A stretch of 64,000 nt of DNA, taken from assembly GCA_964616855.1 (NCBI GenBank), contig CAZTUJ010000004.1, positions 3,610 through 67,609 on the forward strand, given 5' to 3'. The notes below the pieces were generated by a model. It was not told the origin of the DNA, searched no databases, and was given only the letters and a program-made list of their open reading frames with translations. A program made the position numbers and the translations under genes. Positions 1 through 8,237 of the stretch are shown here, piece after piece. Source of the DNA: an uncultured Gammaproteobacteria bacterium. Lineage in GTDB: Bacteria; Patescibacteriota; Patescibacteriia; Patescibacteriales; UBA12465. Positions within the stretch are counted from its first letter, which is position 1; each line of letters starts with the position of its first letter.

Positions 1-350
1 TTGAGATAAACTATCACCCAATATCCAAAAAGCAAGGGGTAGAGAAAAGATGGGCGTAGAACCACCAATAATTACTAAAGCCCTTGAAGCTTCGCCACGA
101 CGCAAAGAGGCATAAAGTAAAAGTAAGGCGAGAGCAAAAAGGACACCTAAACCTAAATCTAAAAATAATCCACCCCAACCCGGCCAAGAAAGAAACCAAG
201 GGGCAAGTAAAAATACCGAGGCTCCTAAAATACAGGCGATAAAAGTATAGGCCCGAGCACTACCTAAAACTTTTTCTACCAAAAACTTATCAATTAGATT
301 AGCAATGGCTAATAAAAAATAAGCGACTAGGGCGACAACAAACCAATTCA
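1..350 (-). CDS. integral membrane protein, EamA/DMT-like (N-terminal part; gene continues past window start)
   Basis: ATG at 350 on the complement and the frame stays open to base 1. Own translation MNWFVVALVAYFLLAIANLIDKFLVEKVLGSARAYTFIACILGASVFLLAPWF...LLLYASLRRGEASRALVIIGGSTPIF is a run of TM helices. Absent from the ORF track because it is truncated. Confidence 0.5.
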
Positions 351-354
351 TAAC

Positions 355-1632
355 TTAATTGTTAGAAAATAATTCTTTAGACATCTGTCCAAGGCCATCA
401 TGAGGAGCGTTAAGATAAGCATTAAGGGCGGCTCGAGCTAAACGACCATCACGGCGCCAATCCGGTAACCATTCATGCACCAAGCTCGGGTCTAAACTAT
501 CTAAGCCGGCGCCAATTGATAGCAACCACTCCCGATTAAAAACCTCCTGAGAGCCGACCGGCTCCGACATAATAATTGGCAAGCCTAGACCCGCATAAAA
601 ACTTAGCTCCGAAGGCTTGGTCCAGAGAACATCAGTATCACGCAGGCAAAGATTAAATAGACGGAAATATTCCATTTTCTGTGGATGAAAAACGATATTA
701 ATATTTTCATGATCACTAAGATTGAGACGTTTAAGGGCTTGAATAAAGTAATCACGCACATCCGTTCGACTACCAGCAATTAAATTAAGTTTAATCTTTT
801 TCTCGATAATCATTGGGCGCAATTTTTCTAAAATTAAAGCCCCTATTTCTCGCTGCGCACCTGCCCCGCCAACAGCAAAGGTTAAGGTTAATGGCCGTTC
901 AACTGTTTCGGGAAGAGAAAACATATTAACAAGGAGAGGGGCGTAAGAATTACGAAAAGATTTAAGCGGATCTAATACCACTAAGCGCTGGGCTAAATCT
1001 TGTTTTAATACTTCTTGATCATCGCCAATATTTTCTAAGGGTAAAGGAAAGCCACTTAATCTGATACGGTCAGCAGCTACGCCATACATACGTAAACGCT
1101 CACAAACTCTCTGGTTAGGGGCAAAATAGATTATCTTACTCTCTTTGGGATTAATCGGCGCCCAGGCGCGCGAGATATCGGTATCGCACACAATACAATA
1201 AATGTCTCCTTGATAACCATAGTATTCCGCACAATAGGCGGCGACAAAAAAAGTGGTAACAAAAGGCAAGGGCTCTTTATTTAAAGCTTCAATCATTTTT
1301 TTGCCCACCCCTTTTTTCACAGCTTTAAAAAATATTTTCTGCTGTAAAGTTAAGGCGGACAAATCTCGACGGGGATAAAAAGATTCAATTTTTTGAAAAG
1401 AGTCCATGGCTTTAAACACGAGTTCACCTAAAAAAGGAATACGTTTAAAATAAGAAATTTTTTCATAAGACTTCTGACTGTTTAACCAGTAAGCTTTTTC
1501 CCAGGCATCTATCCCTTCATAGTTATTAAGATTTAAAGAGCCGGCACGACTCCAGCTTAAAAGCGGATAAGCAGCCCGCTGATGACCGTAACCCATATCG
1601 GCCGCTACTAAATGAATTTTCTGATTACTCAT
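355..1632 (-). CDS. putative GT-B glycosyltransferase (MurG/MGDG-synthase-like)
   Basis: 425-aa ORF. The N-terminal loop HLVAADMGYGHQRAA and central AVGGAGAQREIG resemble GT28-type sugar transferases. Assignment is from motif memory only. Confidence 0.4.
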   Translation of the reverse strand: MSNQKIHLVAADMGYGHQRAAYPLLSWSRAGSLNLNNYEGIDAWEKAYWLNSQKSYEKISYFKRIPFLGELVFKAMDSFQKIESFYPRRDLSALTLQQKIFFKAVKKGVGKKMIEALNKEPLPFVTTFFVAAYCAEYYGYQGDIYCIVCDTDISRAWAPINPKESKIIYFAPNQRVCERLRMYGVAADRIRLSGFPLPLENIGDDQEVLKQDLAQRLVVLDPLKSFRNSYAPLLVNMFSLPETVERPLTLTFAVGGAGAQREIGALILEKLRPMIIEKKIKLNLIAGSRTDVRDYFIQALKRLNLSDHENINIVFHPQKMEYFRLFNLCLRDTDVLWTKPSELSFYAGLGLPIIMSEPVGSQEVFNREWLLSIGAGLDSLDPSLVHEWLPDWRRDGRLARAALNAYLNAPHDGLGQMSKELFSNN

Positions 1633-1702
1633 ACAAAAATTAAATTATAAACATTACTTACATTATACTATAAAAAAATCGCCCCTGAAAGGGCGATTTT
1701 CT

Positions 1703-2635
1703 TTATTTAGAGGTAACAATGGTCGGCGCTCCTGCTCCCTGAATATATTGATAAGCATATAAGGCCGCGCTCGTGGCCTGCCCCATAGCAATAGTGATTT
1801 GCTTAAATTCACTACTAACAACATCACCAGCCGCAAATAAACCAGGAGTCTTAGTGCTGTATTTTTCATCAACTAAAATTTGGGAACGATCATCTCGATC
1901 CGCAAAATCAGCCACTAAATCCGTGCTGGCGATACGACCAATTTCTACAAATACTCCATCTAAGGGCAAAACAACATCAACTCCTTCAATATTATTATAA
2001 GTAAGGCTTTCAACTTTAGTCTCGCCATTAATTGAGACCATTTTAGCATTAGTAATGATTTTGATATTGGGGCGAGCCTTCACCTCTTCCACTAAAGAAT
2101 CAAAAGCTTTATAAGAATCGCTTCTAATTACTAAATAAACTTGAGCCGCAATTTTAGACATCACCTCAGCGGCATCAAAAGCGGAATTACCGCTACCAAT
2201 CACAGCTATAGTCTTACCTTTATAGAGCGGCCCATCGCAATTAGCACAATAAGAAACACCCTTACCACTTAATTCAATTTCCCCAGGAACAGCTAAACGT
2301 CGAGGGGCTAAGCCCATGGTAATAATTACGGTCTTGGCTTCATATTGATCTCTTTCGGTGAAAACAATAAAATTACCATCCGCTTTTTTCTCTAAACGCT
2401 TAACTTCACAATTCTTAATTTCTACCCCTGAAGCCAAAGCATGTTCATTAAAACGGGTAATTAAGTCAAAATTGCTAATATTAGTAAATCCTGGATAATT
2501 TTCAATCTCTCCCGCCCAAATAATCTGACCACCAGGCTCTTTCCCTAAAATCAAAGTCTTCATCTCCCTTCTGGCCGCATAGATGCCCGCAGTAATCCCC
2601 GCCGGTCCTTGACCAATAATAATAGTGTCGTACAT
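1703..2635 (-). CDS. trxB: thioredoxin-disulfide reductase
   Basis: 310 aa. FAD motif IIIGQGPAGITAG, redox-active CANCDG, NADPH motif VIGSGNSA. Confidence 0.9.
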   Translation of the reverse strand: MYDTIIIGQGPAGITAGIYAARREMKTLILGKEPGGQIIWAGEIENYPGFTNISNFDLITRFNEHALASGVEIKNCEVKRLEKKADGNFIVFTERDQYEAKTVIITMGLAPRRLAVPGEIELSGKGVSYCANCDGPLYKGKTIAVIGSGNSAFDAAEVMSKIAAQVYLVIRSDSYKAFDSLVEEVKARPNIKIITNAKMVSINGETKVESLTYNNIEGVDVVLPLDGVFVEIGRIASTDLVADFADRDDRSQILVDEKYSTKTPGLFAAGDVVSSEFKQITIAMGQATSAALYAYQYIQGAGAPTIVTSK

Positions 2636-2680
2636 AAAATAATAATATTTAAAATTAAAATAAACTCTATAATCTTTTAA

Positions 2681-2709
2681 ATTATACTATGTCTATTTTT
2701 AAAAAGCAA
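2681..2709 (-). promoter_or_regulatory. candidate sigma70-type promoter of trxB (TTGCTT-17-TATAAT)
   Basis: On the complement, TTGCTT (2709-2704), 17-nt spacer, TATAAT (2686-2681), about 45 nt upstream of the trxB ATG. Confidence 0.4.
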
Positions 2710-3207
2710 AAAGATTAATTTAACTAATATTAAAGTAAAATTGTCAAAACTGAATATATTAGACTAACATTAGATAAATAATAAATGTTCTACGCAGAAC
2801 AATATCTATAAGCTCATTATAACAGCAATATTTATGTCTATTTAGAAAATAACAACTATTATTTTAAGAATCATTCTGCCACTATTGTTCTACGTAGAAC
2901 AAATCTAAAATAAACTAAATAAAAGAAATATTGATATTGGTTACTCTAAAAAATAATCCGCTAACGTATTTTCTTATTGTTCTACGTAGAACAAATTATT
3001 AGATTAACAATAATAAATAAAGACAGACGACCCTGAGTCCTTAAATATTAAAATGTTCTATGTAGAACAAATTAGTAGGCAGTAGAATAAGCCGGAAAAG
3101 TTTAAACCTGATCTCAAAATATTAATAATTGTTCTACGTAGAACAATTATTAATATAGAGCCGCCATCCCTAAGCTTCAAATAATAAATAATAAGGGAAT
3201 AGGCTAC

Positions 3208-3235
3208 AAAAAAACCGGCAAAAGCCGATTTTTTA
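3208..3235. terminator. weak bidirectional hairpin terminator downstream of tRNA-Ala
   Basis: A7-CCGGC-AAAA-GCCG-T6. Short GC stem flanked by A and T runs. Confidence 0.45.
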
Positions 3236-3239
3236 ATTG

Positions 3240-3313
3240 TGGACCATAAGGGACTTGAACCCTTGACCTCTTCCATGCCATGGAAGCGCTCTAGCCAACT
3301 GAGCTAATGGCCC
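3240..3313 (-). tRNA. tRNA-Ala (anticodon GGC)
   Basis: Complement reads GGGCCATTAGCTCAGTTGGCTAGAGCGCTTCCATGGCATGGAAG...GGTTCAAGTCCCTTATGGTCCA. Cloverleaf folds, G3:U70 identity pair present, anticodon loop AUGGCAU. Confidence 0.9.
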
Positions 3314-3420
3314 GTTTTGTTCTACGTAGAACAATTTATTAACGTAAATTATTTCTATATAATACCTAATCCTAGAGAAAAGTCAATAACAATAAAAATG
3401 AATATTTGTCAATAACTAAG

Positions 3421-3492
3421 TGCCCTCGCCAGGAATCGAACCTGGATTTAGAACTTAGGAGATTCTTGTTTTATCCATTAAACTACAAGGGC
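3421..3492 (-). tRNA. tRNA-Arg (anticodon CCT)
   Basis: Complement GCCCTTGTAGTTTAATGGATAAAACAAGAATCTCCTAAGTTCTAAATCCAGGTTCGATTCCTGGCGAGGGCA. Anticodon loop CUCCUAA, T-loop TTCGATT. Confidence 0.9.
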
Positions 3493-3578
3493 GAGGTCAA
3501 GATAATAATAGCCGAAAAAAAATATTTTGACAACCTTAAACTAAAGCTTTTTTTATTATAATAACATTAAATAAATTT

Positions 3579-3607
3579 TTGACAAGAGAATAAAAATGTA
3601 CTACAAT
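3579..3607 (+). promoter_or_regulatory. candidate promoter TTGACA-17-TACAAT (bactofilin operon)
   Basis: TTGACA 3579-3584, 17-nt spacer, TACAAT 3602-3607. Confidence 0.55.
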
Positions 3608-3696
3608 AAAAACACTGGAATTTTCAAATAATTTCATTTAATCGCGTGTTTAAAACTAATAATCCGCTGCGTAGGAGGGGCGGATTGTTTAAATTT

Positions 3697-4098
3697 ATGT
3701 TTAGCAAGGACAACAAACTAGAAAAATTTAAAGAAGCCGAAACTATTATCGGCGCCTCTATTAAAGTAAAGGGGAACTTCAACGGCCAGGGCGATATTGT
3801 AATTGAAGGTTTTCTTGAAGGCTCTTTAAAAACAGAGTCTAATGTCTTCATCGGCGAAAAAGCCCGAGTTAACGCTAATGTTGAAGCTAGTGAAGCTTTA
3901 ATTAACGGAGAAATCAGCGGTAATATTAAAATCAAGAAATATCTAGCCATCGGAAAAACGGCAAAAATCATGGGCGACGTTCAATGCGGAGAAATCTCTA
4001 TTGAAAGAGGCGCCTCCATCACTGGGCAAATTCTTGTTTCCGCCGAAAGCTTGAAATTATCAGAAAATAAAAAAAATAGACCTGAGGAACAGGCCTAA
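3697..4098 (+). CDS. bactofilin family cytoskeletal protein
   Basis: Repetitive beta-helix pattern IKVKGNFNGQGDIVIEGFLEGSLKTESNVFIGEKARVNANVEA.ALINGEISGNI. I prefer the ATG at 3697 (MFSKDNK...) because MFSK matches the conserved bactofilin N-terminal membrane-targeting motif. The ORF track starts at GTG 3646. Confidence 0.85.
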   Translation: MFSKDNKLEKFKEAETIIGASIKVKGNFNGQGDIVIEGFLEGSLKTESNVFIGEKARVNANVEASEALINGEISGNIKIKKYLAIGKTAKIMGDVQCGEISIERGASITGQILVSAESLKLSENKKNRPEEQA

Positions 4099-4115
4099 AC
4101 CAAGCGGCTTTATTT

Positions 4116-4859
4116 ATGAACGCTTATATTTACGATGATTTTCTAAATAAAGGTCGCTATCGTCGCGCTTTAAACCGAGTAGAAATACGTCTCACCGACT
4201 TAGGCTTAAACGGAAAAATTATCCGTCTCGGAGCAATTAAGAATGTTAAAGACGCCGTCCAGGCAGAAATAAAAAACGGGATTAAAAATATAATCGCCGT
4301 TGGTAACAACGAAACTGCCAACAAAGTAATTAGCGCCATGATCAGTAATAAAGCCTATGGATTTTTCCAGAAGGATATTCTCTTTTCGATTATTCCGATA
4401 GGAAATAATAATTCAATTGCGGCTTCTTTTGGTATTCATAAAGAAGAAGAGGCCTGTAACATCCTGTTAGCGAGAAGGATCAAACAAATAGATATTGGCA
4501 TCGCCGGCAACAACATTTTTCTCAACAAAGCTGAGCTTACTAGCGATAATGCTCATATTAATATTAACGATGAATACAGCTTAGAACTAACGCGTAAGAC
4601 TAAAGTCCAAATTATCAATCTTAATGATAATCCCTCGTTAATTTATGGGGAAAGAGTTGATCCCTATGATAATAAGTTGAACCTTATTATTAATAATAAA
4701 ACACCAGAAGCCACTTTTATCACCAGTGATAATATAAAAATTTCCGGCAGCGGCGAAATTATCTTAGATGAATCAGTCGCTATTCCTCTACCCGCTGAAC
4801 TCGGCATTATTCAAGAAAAAATAAACATCATTGTGGGCAAAGATCGCAGCTTCAATTAA
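4116..4859 (+). CDS. diacylglycerol/lipid kinase-like (DAGK_cat/YegS-type) protein with degenerate nucleotide loop
   Basis: 247 aa. Topology YegS-like, but the GGDGT loop reads AVGNNETANKVISAM. Lies 17 nt after the bactofilin gene. Confidence 0.5.
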   Translation: MNAYIYDDFLNKGRYRRALNRVEIRLTDLGLNGKIIRLGAIKNVKDAVQAEIKNGIKNIIAVGNNETANKVISAMISNKAYGFFQKDILFSIIPIGNNNSIAASFGIHKEEEACNILLARRIKQIDIGIAGNNIFLNKAELTSDNAHININDEYSLELTRKTKVQIINLNDNPSLIYGERVDPYDNKLNLIINNKTPEATFITSDNIKISGSGEIILDESVAIPLPAELGIIQEKINIIVGKDRSFN

Positions 4860-4886
4860 AAAACCGGACATCAGTCCGGTTTTTTG
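4855..4886. terminator. bidirectional rho-independent terminator
   Basis: AAAAAACCGGAC-atca-GTCCGGTTTTTT between convergent genes. Confidence 0.8.
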
Positions 4887-4904
4887 TATATCTGATAAAA
4901 TAAA

Positions 4905-5657
4905 TTATTTGATAATTTCACCTTCAATTACTGGAATACCAGTATTTTTTTGTCCTTTTGTTACTAAGAACTGTTGTAAAACAGTGAGTAAAGTTAGAAC
5001 CAACCAATACAAAGTTAAACCACCAGGTAAAGTAACGCCAATAAAAATAGTCAGAGCCGGCATGAAATATAACATTTGCTTATTCATAATGGCAGCCATG
5101 CTTTCGTCCTTACCACCACTGCCAATTGGCTTATCCTTACTCCGTTTAGCCATCATCATTTTAGCTTGCCAGAATTGAGCTAAGCCAGCTAACACCGCTA
5201 AATAGATGCTCGGTTTAGATAAATCTAAAAAGCCTAAGAAGACGCTATTAATGGCCTCCGGACGAGCAATAAAAGGATAGACTAAATCAAGATGCTTACT
5301 TAAATCATCTTTAAACACTTGATAAACGGCAATAAAAAAAGGGAGCTGTAATAATAGAGGCAAACAAGAAGAGAAGGGGTTAACTTTATGCTGTTTATAT
5401 AAATCCATTAAAGCCTTACCCATTTCTGCCTGCTTATCCTTATATTGTGCCTTGAGGGCATCAATTTTCGGCTGAAGTTCTTGTAGGGACTGCTGGGATT
5501 GGATAGATTTCCGAGATAAAGGCCAAAGGATTAACTTAATCACTACGGTTAATAAAATAATAGCTAGCCCTAAATCATGAAAAGAGGCGTTGTTGTAAAG
5601 GAATACTAAAAGATTTAAAATTGGTTGATAAAAAATGACTTGAAATAAATGATACAT
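4905..5657 (-). CDS. yidC: membrane protein insertase YidC (short Oxa1-type)
   Basis: 250 aa, polytopic. MGKALMDLYKQHKVNPFSSCLPLLLQLPFF motif, located in the rpmH-rnpA-yidD-yidC cluster. Confidence 0.9.
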   Translation of the reverse strand: MYHLFQVIFYQPILNLLVFLYNNASFHDLGLAIILLTVVIKLILWPLSRKSIQSQQSLQELQPKIDALKAQYKDKQAEMGKALMDLYKQHKVNPFSSCLPLLLQLPFFIAVYQVFKDDLSKHLDLVYPFIARPEAINSVFLGFLDLSKPSIYLAVLAGLAQFWQAKMMMAKRSKDKPIGSGGKDESMAAIMNKQMLYFMPALTIFIGVTLPGGLTLYWLVLTLLTVLQQFLVTKGQKNTGIPVIEGEIIK

Positions 5658-5661
5658 ATTT

Positions 5662-5919
5662 TTATTTTAGAGGGTCGTAGCCGCCCTTATTAAAAGGATT
5701 GCAACGAAGAATTCGCCAAGAGGCTTTCAGCGCCCCTTTAATCGGCCCATACTTTTCAATTGCTTGGATGCCGTAGTCCGAACAAGTTGGAGAAAAACGA
5801 CAAAAACCATGGGGATGCATGAACTTTAAAGGGCCATGATCAAAAGAAAAGGTTTTTTGATAAAGTTTAATGAAGTTAATTAACAATAACCCGATCAGGC
5901 GGGAAATAGTTTGCAACAT
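5662..5919 (-). CDS. yidD: membrane protein insertion efficiency factor YidD
   Basis: 85 aa with [20 protein letters not shown]...RILRCNPF signature. Confidence 0.9.
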   Translation of the reverse strand: MLQTISRLIGLLLINFIKLYQKTFSFDHGPLKFMHPHGFCRFSPTCSDYGIQAIEKYGPIKGALKASWRILRCNPFNKGGYDPLK

Positions 5920-5921
5920 AA

Positions 5922-6263
5922 TTATAATATATCTCTAATCTTAGAGAAAATATAATCCATCTCTTGTTTTAACTCCGCCGCCTTAGCTTCTTTAAGCGCG
6001 GGCAAAGCAATTATAACACAATCAAGCGGAAAAGGTAATTTAGGGGCAAATACAGAGACTAAGTTAAAAAGGCGTCTTTTATAATAATGTCGCTTCACCG
6101 CACTTTTATCAATTTTTAGGCCTAAGACGACGGCAAAACGATGATCTTTAAATTGATTTTTAAGGACTTTTACGCCTAAAAACCGCCCGTAGAGGCTACG
6201 GCCGGTTTTGAAAACTTGGTCAAAATCTTTATTCAGGTGTAGTTTTTGAGATCCGGGCAACAT
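5922..6263 (-). CDS. rnpA: ribonuclease P protein component
   Basis: Basic ~113 aa ([17 protein letters not shown]...[11 protein letters not shown]) directly downstream of rpmH. The ATG at 6263 is preferred over 6278, which abuts the rpmH stop. Confidence 0.85.
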   Translation of the reverse strand: MLPGSQKLHLNKDFDQVFKTGRSLYGRFLGVKVLKNQFKDHRFAVVLGLKIDKSAVKRHYYKRRLFNLVSVFAPKLPFPLDCVIIALPALKEAKAAELKQEMDYIFSKIRDIL

Positions 6264-6278
6264 TGGCGGAGGAGCCAA

Positions 6279-6416
6279 TTATTTCGACAAAAGCTCGCGG
6301 CCTTTATCCCGGCGGCGCTTTAAAACATCACGACCATCCTTAGTACTCATGCGTTTCAAAAAACCATGCTTCTTTTGGGCGCGCTTCTTATTAGGCTGAT
6401 ACGTTCTTTTGGGCAT
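6279..6416 (-). CDS. rpmH: 50S ribosomal protein L34
   Basis: Below the ORF-track cutoff. Own translation [45 protein letters not shown] (45 aa). Confidence 0.9.
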   Translation of the reverse strand: MPKRTYQPNKKRAQKKHGFLKRMSTKDGRDVLKRRRDKGRELLSK

Positions 6417-6548
6417 AAATTGGGTATTTATTAAACAATTATAACTAACATAACACTAATTTTTTAAAAGGTCAATATTTATAATAAAAAACTTATACAC
6501 TTCTTATAAACACCTTGTAAACATCAGCTTAGCTTGTGGGGCTAGAGT

Positions 6549-6557
6549 TTATCCACT
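6549..6557 (+). promoter_or_regulatory. DnaA-box-like 9-mer TTATCCACT upstream of dnaA
   Basis: 8/9 match to TTATCCACA. Overlaps the putative dnaA promoter (followed by TATAAT). Confidence 0.45.
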
Positions 6558-6583
6558 ATAATAAATATATATAAAATTACCCT

Positions 6584-7975
6584 ATGAATAATGAACAAAT
6601 CTGGCAGGCAACCCTAGGAGAATTAGAGATAAATCTTTCCCGGGTAAACTTTGTGACTTGGTTTAAGGACACTTTTCTGTCCTCTTTTGAAAATGGCCGA
6701 GCCATTGTCTGTGTGCCCAATGCTTTTGTAAAAAAATGGTTGGAAGAAAAATATCATAAAAATATTGTAAATTCTTTAGAAAATATTACCAAACAAAAGC
6801 TCCAGGAAATTATTTATAAAATCGAACTCCACCGCTCCACCCCCACAGAAATGACCCAAAAAATCAAAACAGAGTTAAATGAAAATGTTAAAGCTAGCCC
6901 AATTAACATCGAACATAAAAATAATAACAGTAATGTTGCTAATCGTTTTGGGCTTAATCCTAGATACGTTTTTGAAAATTTTGTTGTTGGCCGCGGAAAC
7001 GAATTAGCCCACGCCGCTTGCCGTGCAGTGGTTAATAATTTAGGTAGAGCCTACAACCCCTTATTTATCTACGGCGGCGTTGGCCTTGGTAAAACCCATT
7101 TATTACAAGCGATTGGTAATGAAGTTGCCAAACATACTGATAAAATTCTTTATACTACTAGTGAAAAATTTACCAACAATTACATTCAAGCCGTCCAAAC
7201 TGGTAAAGCTAAGGATTTTAAAAACATGTACCGTAATGTCGACCTCCTTTTAGTTGATGATGTTCAATTTATGGGGGGGAAAGACGGCACTCAAGAAGAA
7301 TTCTTCCACACTTTTAATGAACTCCAACAGGGTGATAAACAAATTGTCATGACCTCTGATCGCCCACCAAAATCCATTCCTGCCATCGAAAAAAGATTAA
7401 TTTCTCGCTTTGAATCGGGTATGGTGGCGGATGTGGGAAAACCAGACGTAGAAACTAAAATCGCTATTTTAGAAAAAAAATCTATTGAAAAAAGTTTTCC
7501 TCTAGATAAAGATGTTTTAATTTACATTGCTAACAACGTTCAAAATAATATTCGGGAGTTGGAAGGCGCTTTAAATAAAGTAATTGTAATTCACCAATTA
7601 AACAACTCCGTCCCCACCCTGAAAAGCGTAAAAAATGCCCTTAGTGATTATGTTTCCAGTCTTCAGGCTAAATCTTTAAGCCCTAAAGACATTATTGAAG
7701 CAGTGGCGCGTTTTTATGAAATCAGCCTAAAAGAAATCACAGGTAATAGCCGTCGCAAAGAATTGGTGGGACCCAGACAAATTGCCATCTATTTAATTCG
7801 AGAAGAATTAAATACTTCCTACCCTAGTATCGGCCAAGAAATGGGTGGAAGAGATCACACCACCGCTATGCATGCCTATAATAAAATCCGCAACGAAATC
7901 GGTGAGAATGAAAACGAAAAGTTAAAACAAGAAATGGAATCGATTAAACAGTTATTTGGTAACTCTCCATATTAA
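6584..7975 (+). CDS. dnaA: chromosomal replication initiator protein DnaA
   Basis: 463 aa. Walker A GGVGLGKTHLL, LLVDDVQF, C-terminal DNA-binding GGRDHTTAMHAY. Confidence 0.97.
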   Translation: MNNEQIWQATLGELEINLSRVNFVTWFKDTFLSSFENGRAIVCVPNAFVKKWLEEKYHKNIVNSLENITKQKLQEIIYKIELHRSTPTEMTQKIKTELNENVKASPINIEHKNNNSNVANRFGLNPRYVFENFVVGRGNELAHAACRAVVNNLGRAYNPLFIYGGVGLGKTHLLQAIGNEVAKHTDKILYTTSEKFTNNYIQAVQTGKAKDFKNMYRNVDLLLVDDVQFMGGKDGTQEEFFHTFNELQQGDKQIVMTSDRPPKSIPAIEKRLISRFESGMVADVGKPDVETKIAILEKKSIEKSFPLDKDVLIYIANNVQNNIRELEGALNKVIVIHQLNNSVPTLKSVKNALSDYVSSLQAKSLSPKDIIEAVARFYEISLKEITGNSRRKELVGPRQIAIYLIREELNTSYPSIGQEMGGRDHTTAMHAYNKIRNEIGENENEKLKQEMESIKQLFGNSPY

Positions 7976-8237
7976 GGGGTAAAAGCTGGGGATAAAATGT
8001 CTAATCACCGGGGGAAACTTGTTTGCCAACAGTTTAAAAAAGGTGCTCAACTAAGACTTACTAATCAGCCCTTACCGATATACACAGACACACACCGAAG
8101 AATCCCCCACATTTAAAGAGCTGAATTAACAAGTATTTTTTACTAAAGTTAGAATGAAAAATAGCAAAAATATTTTTGTCCACAAAGCTTATTATTACTA
8201 TTATTAAAATATATATAAATTATATAATATAATAAAT
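7976..8237. promoter_or_regulatory. candidate oriC (dnaA-dnaN intergenic region)
   Basis: 262-bp non-coding gap. Contains TTGTCCACA (8176-8184, 8/9 DnaA box), weaker box ATATACACA, and a ~50-bp almost pure A/T tract (8189-8237). Confidence 0.45.

Larger units (their letters stand above)
2786..3333. repeat. array of six 16-bp palindromes TGTTCTACGTAGAACA (parS-like)
   Basis: Copies at 2786-2801 (ACGCAG variant), 2886-2901, 2978-2993, 3054-3069 (ATGTAG variant), 3130-3145 and 3318-3333. Four are perfect and extend to TTGTTCTACGTAGAACAA. Start-to-start spacing is 100, 92, 76, 76 and 188 bp, and the intervening sequences are unique. Confidence 0.9.

Noticed and set aside
14-199. 61-aa minus-strand ORF from the track
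   Set aside because: It is an alternative frame of the longer EamA-like membrane-protein ORF that starts at 350 and runs off the window.
3058-3276. 72-aa ORF on the minus strand
   Set aside because: It overlaps tRNA-Ala, a terminator and two palindrome copies. The translation is low-complexity and AT-driven, so it is spurious.
2786-3333. The palindrome array read as a CRISPR array
   Set aside because: The repeats are only 16-18 bp and fully palindromic. Spacing is irregular (58-83 bp, then about 170 bp across a tRNA). There are no cas genes or leader in the window.
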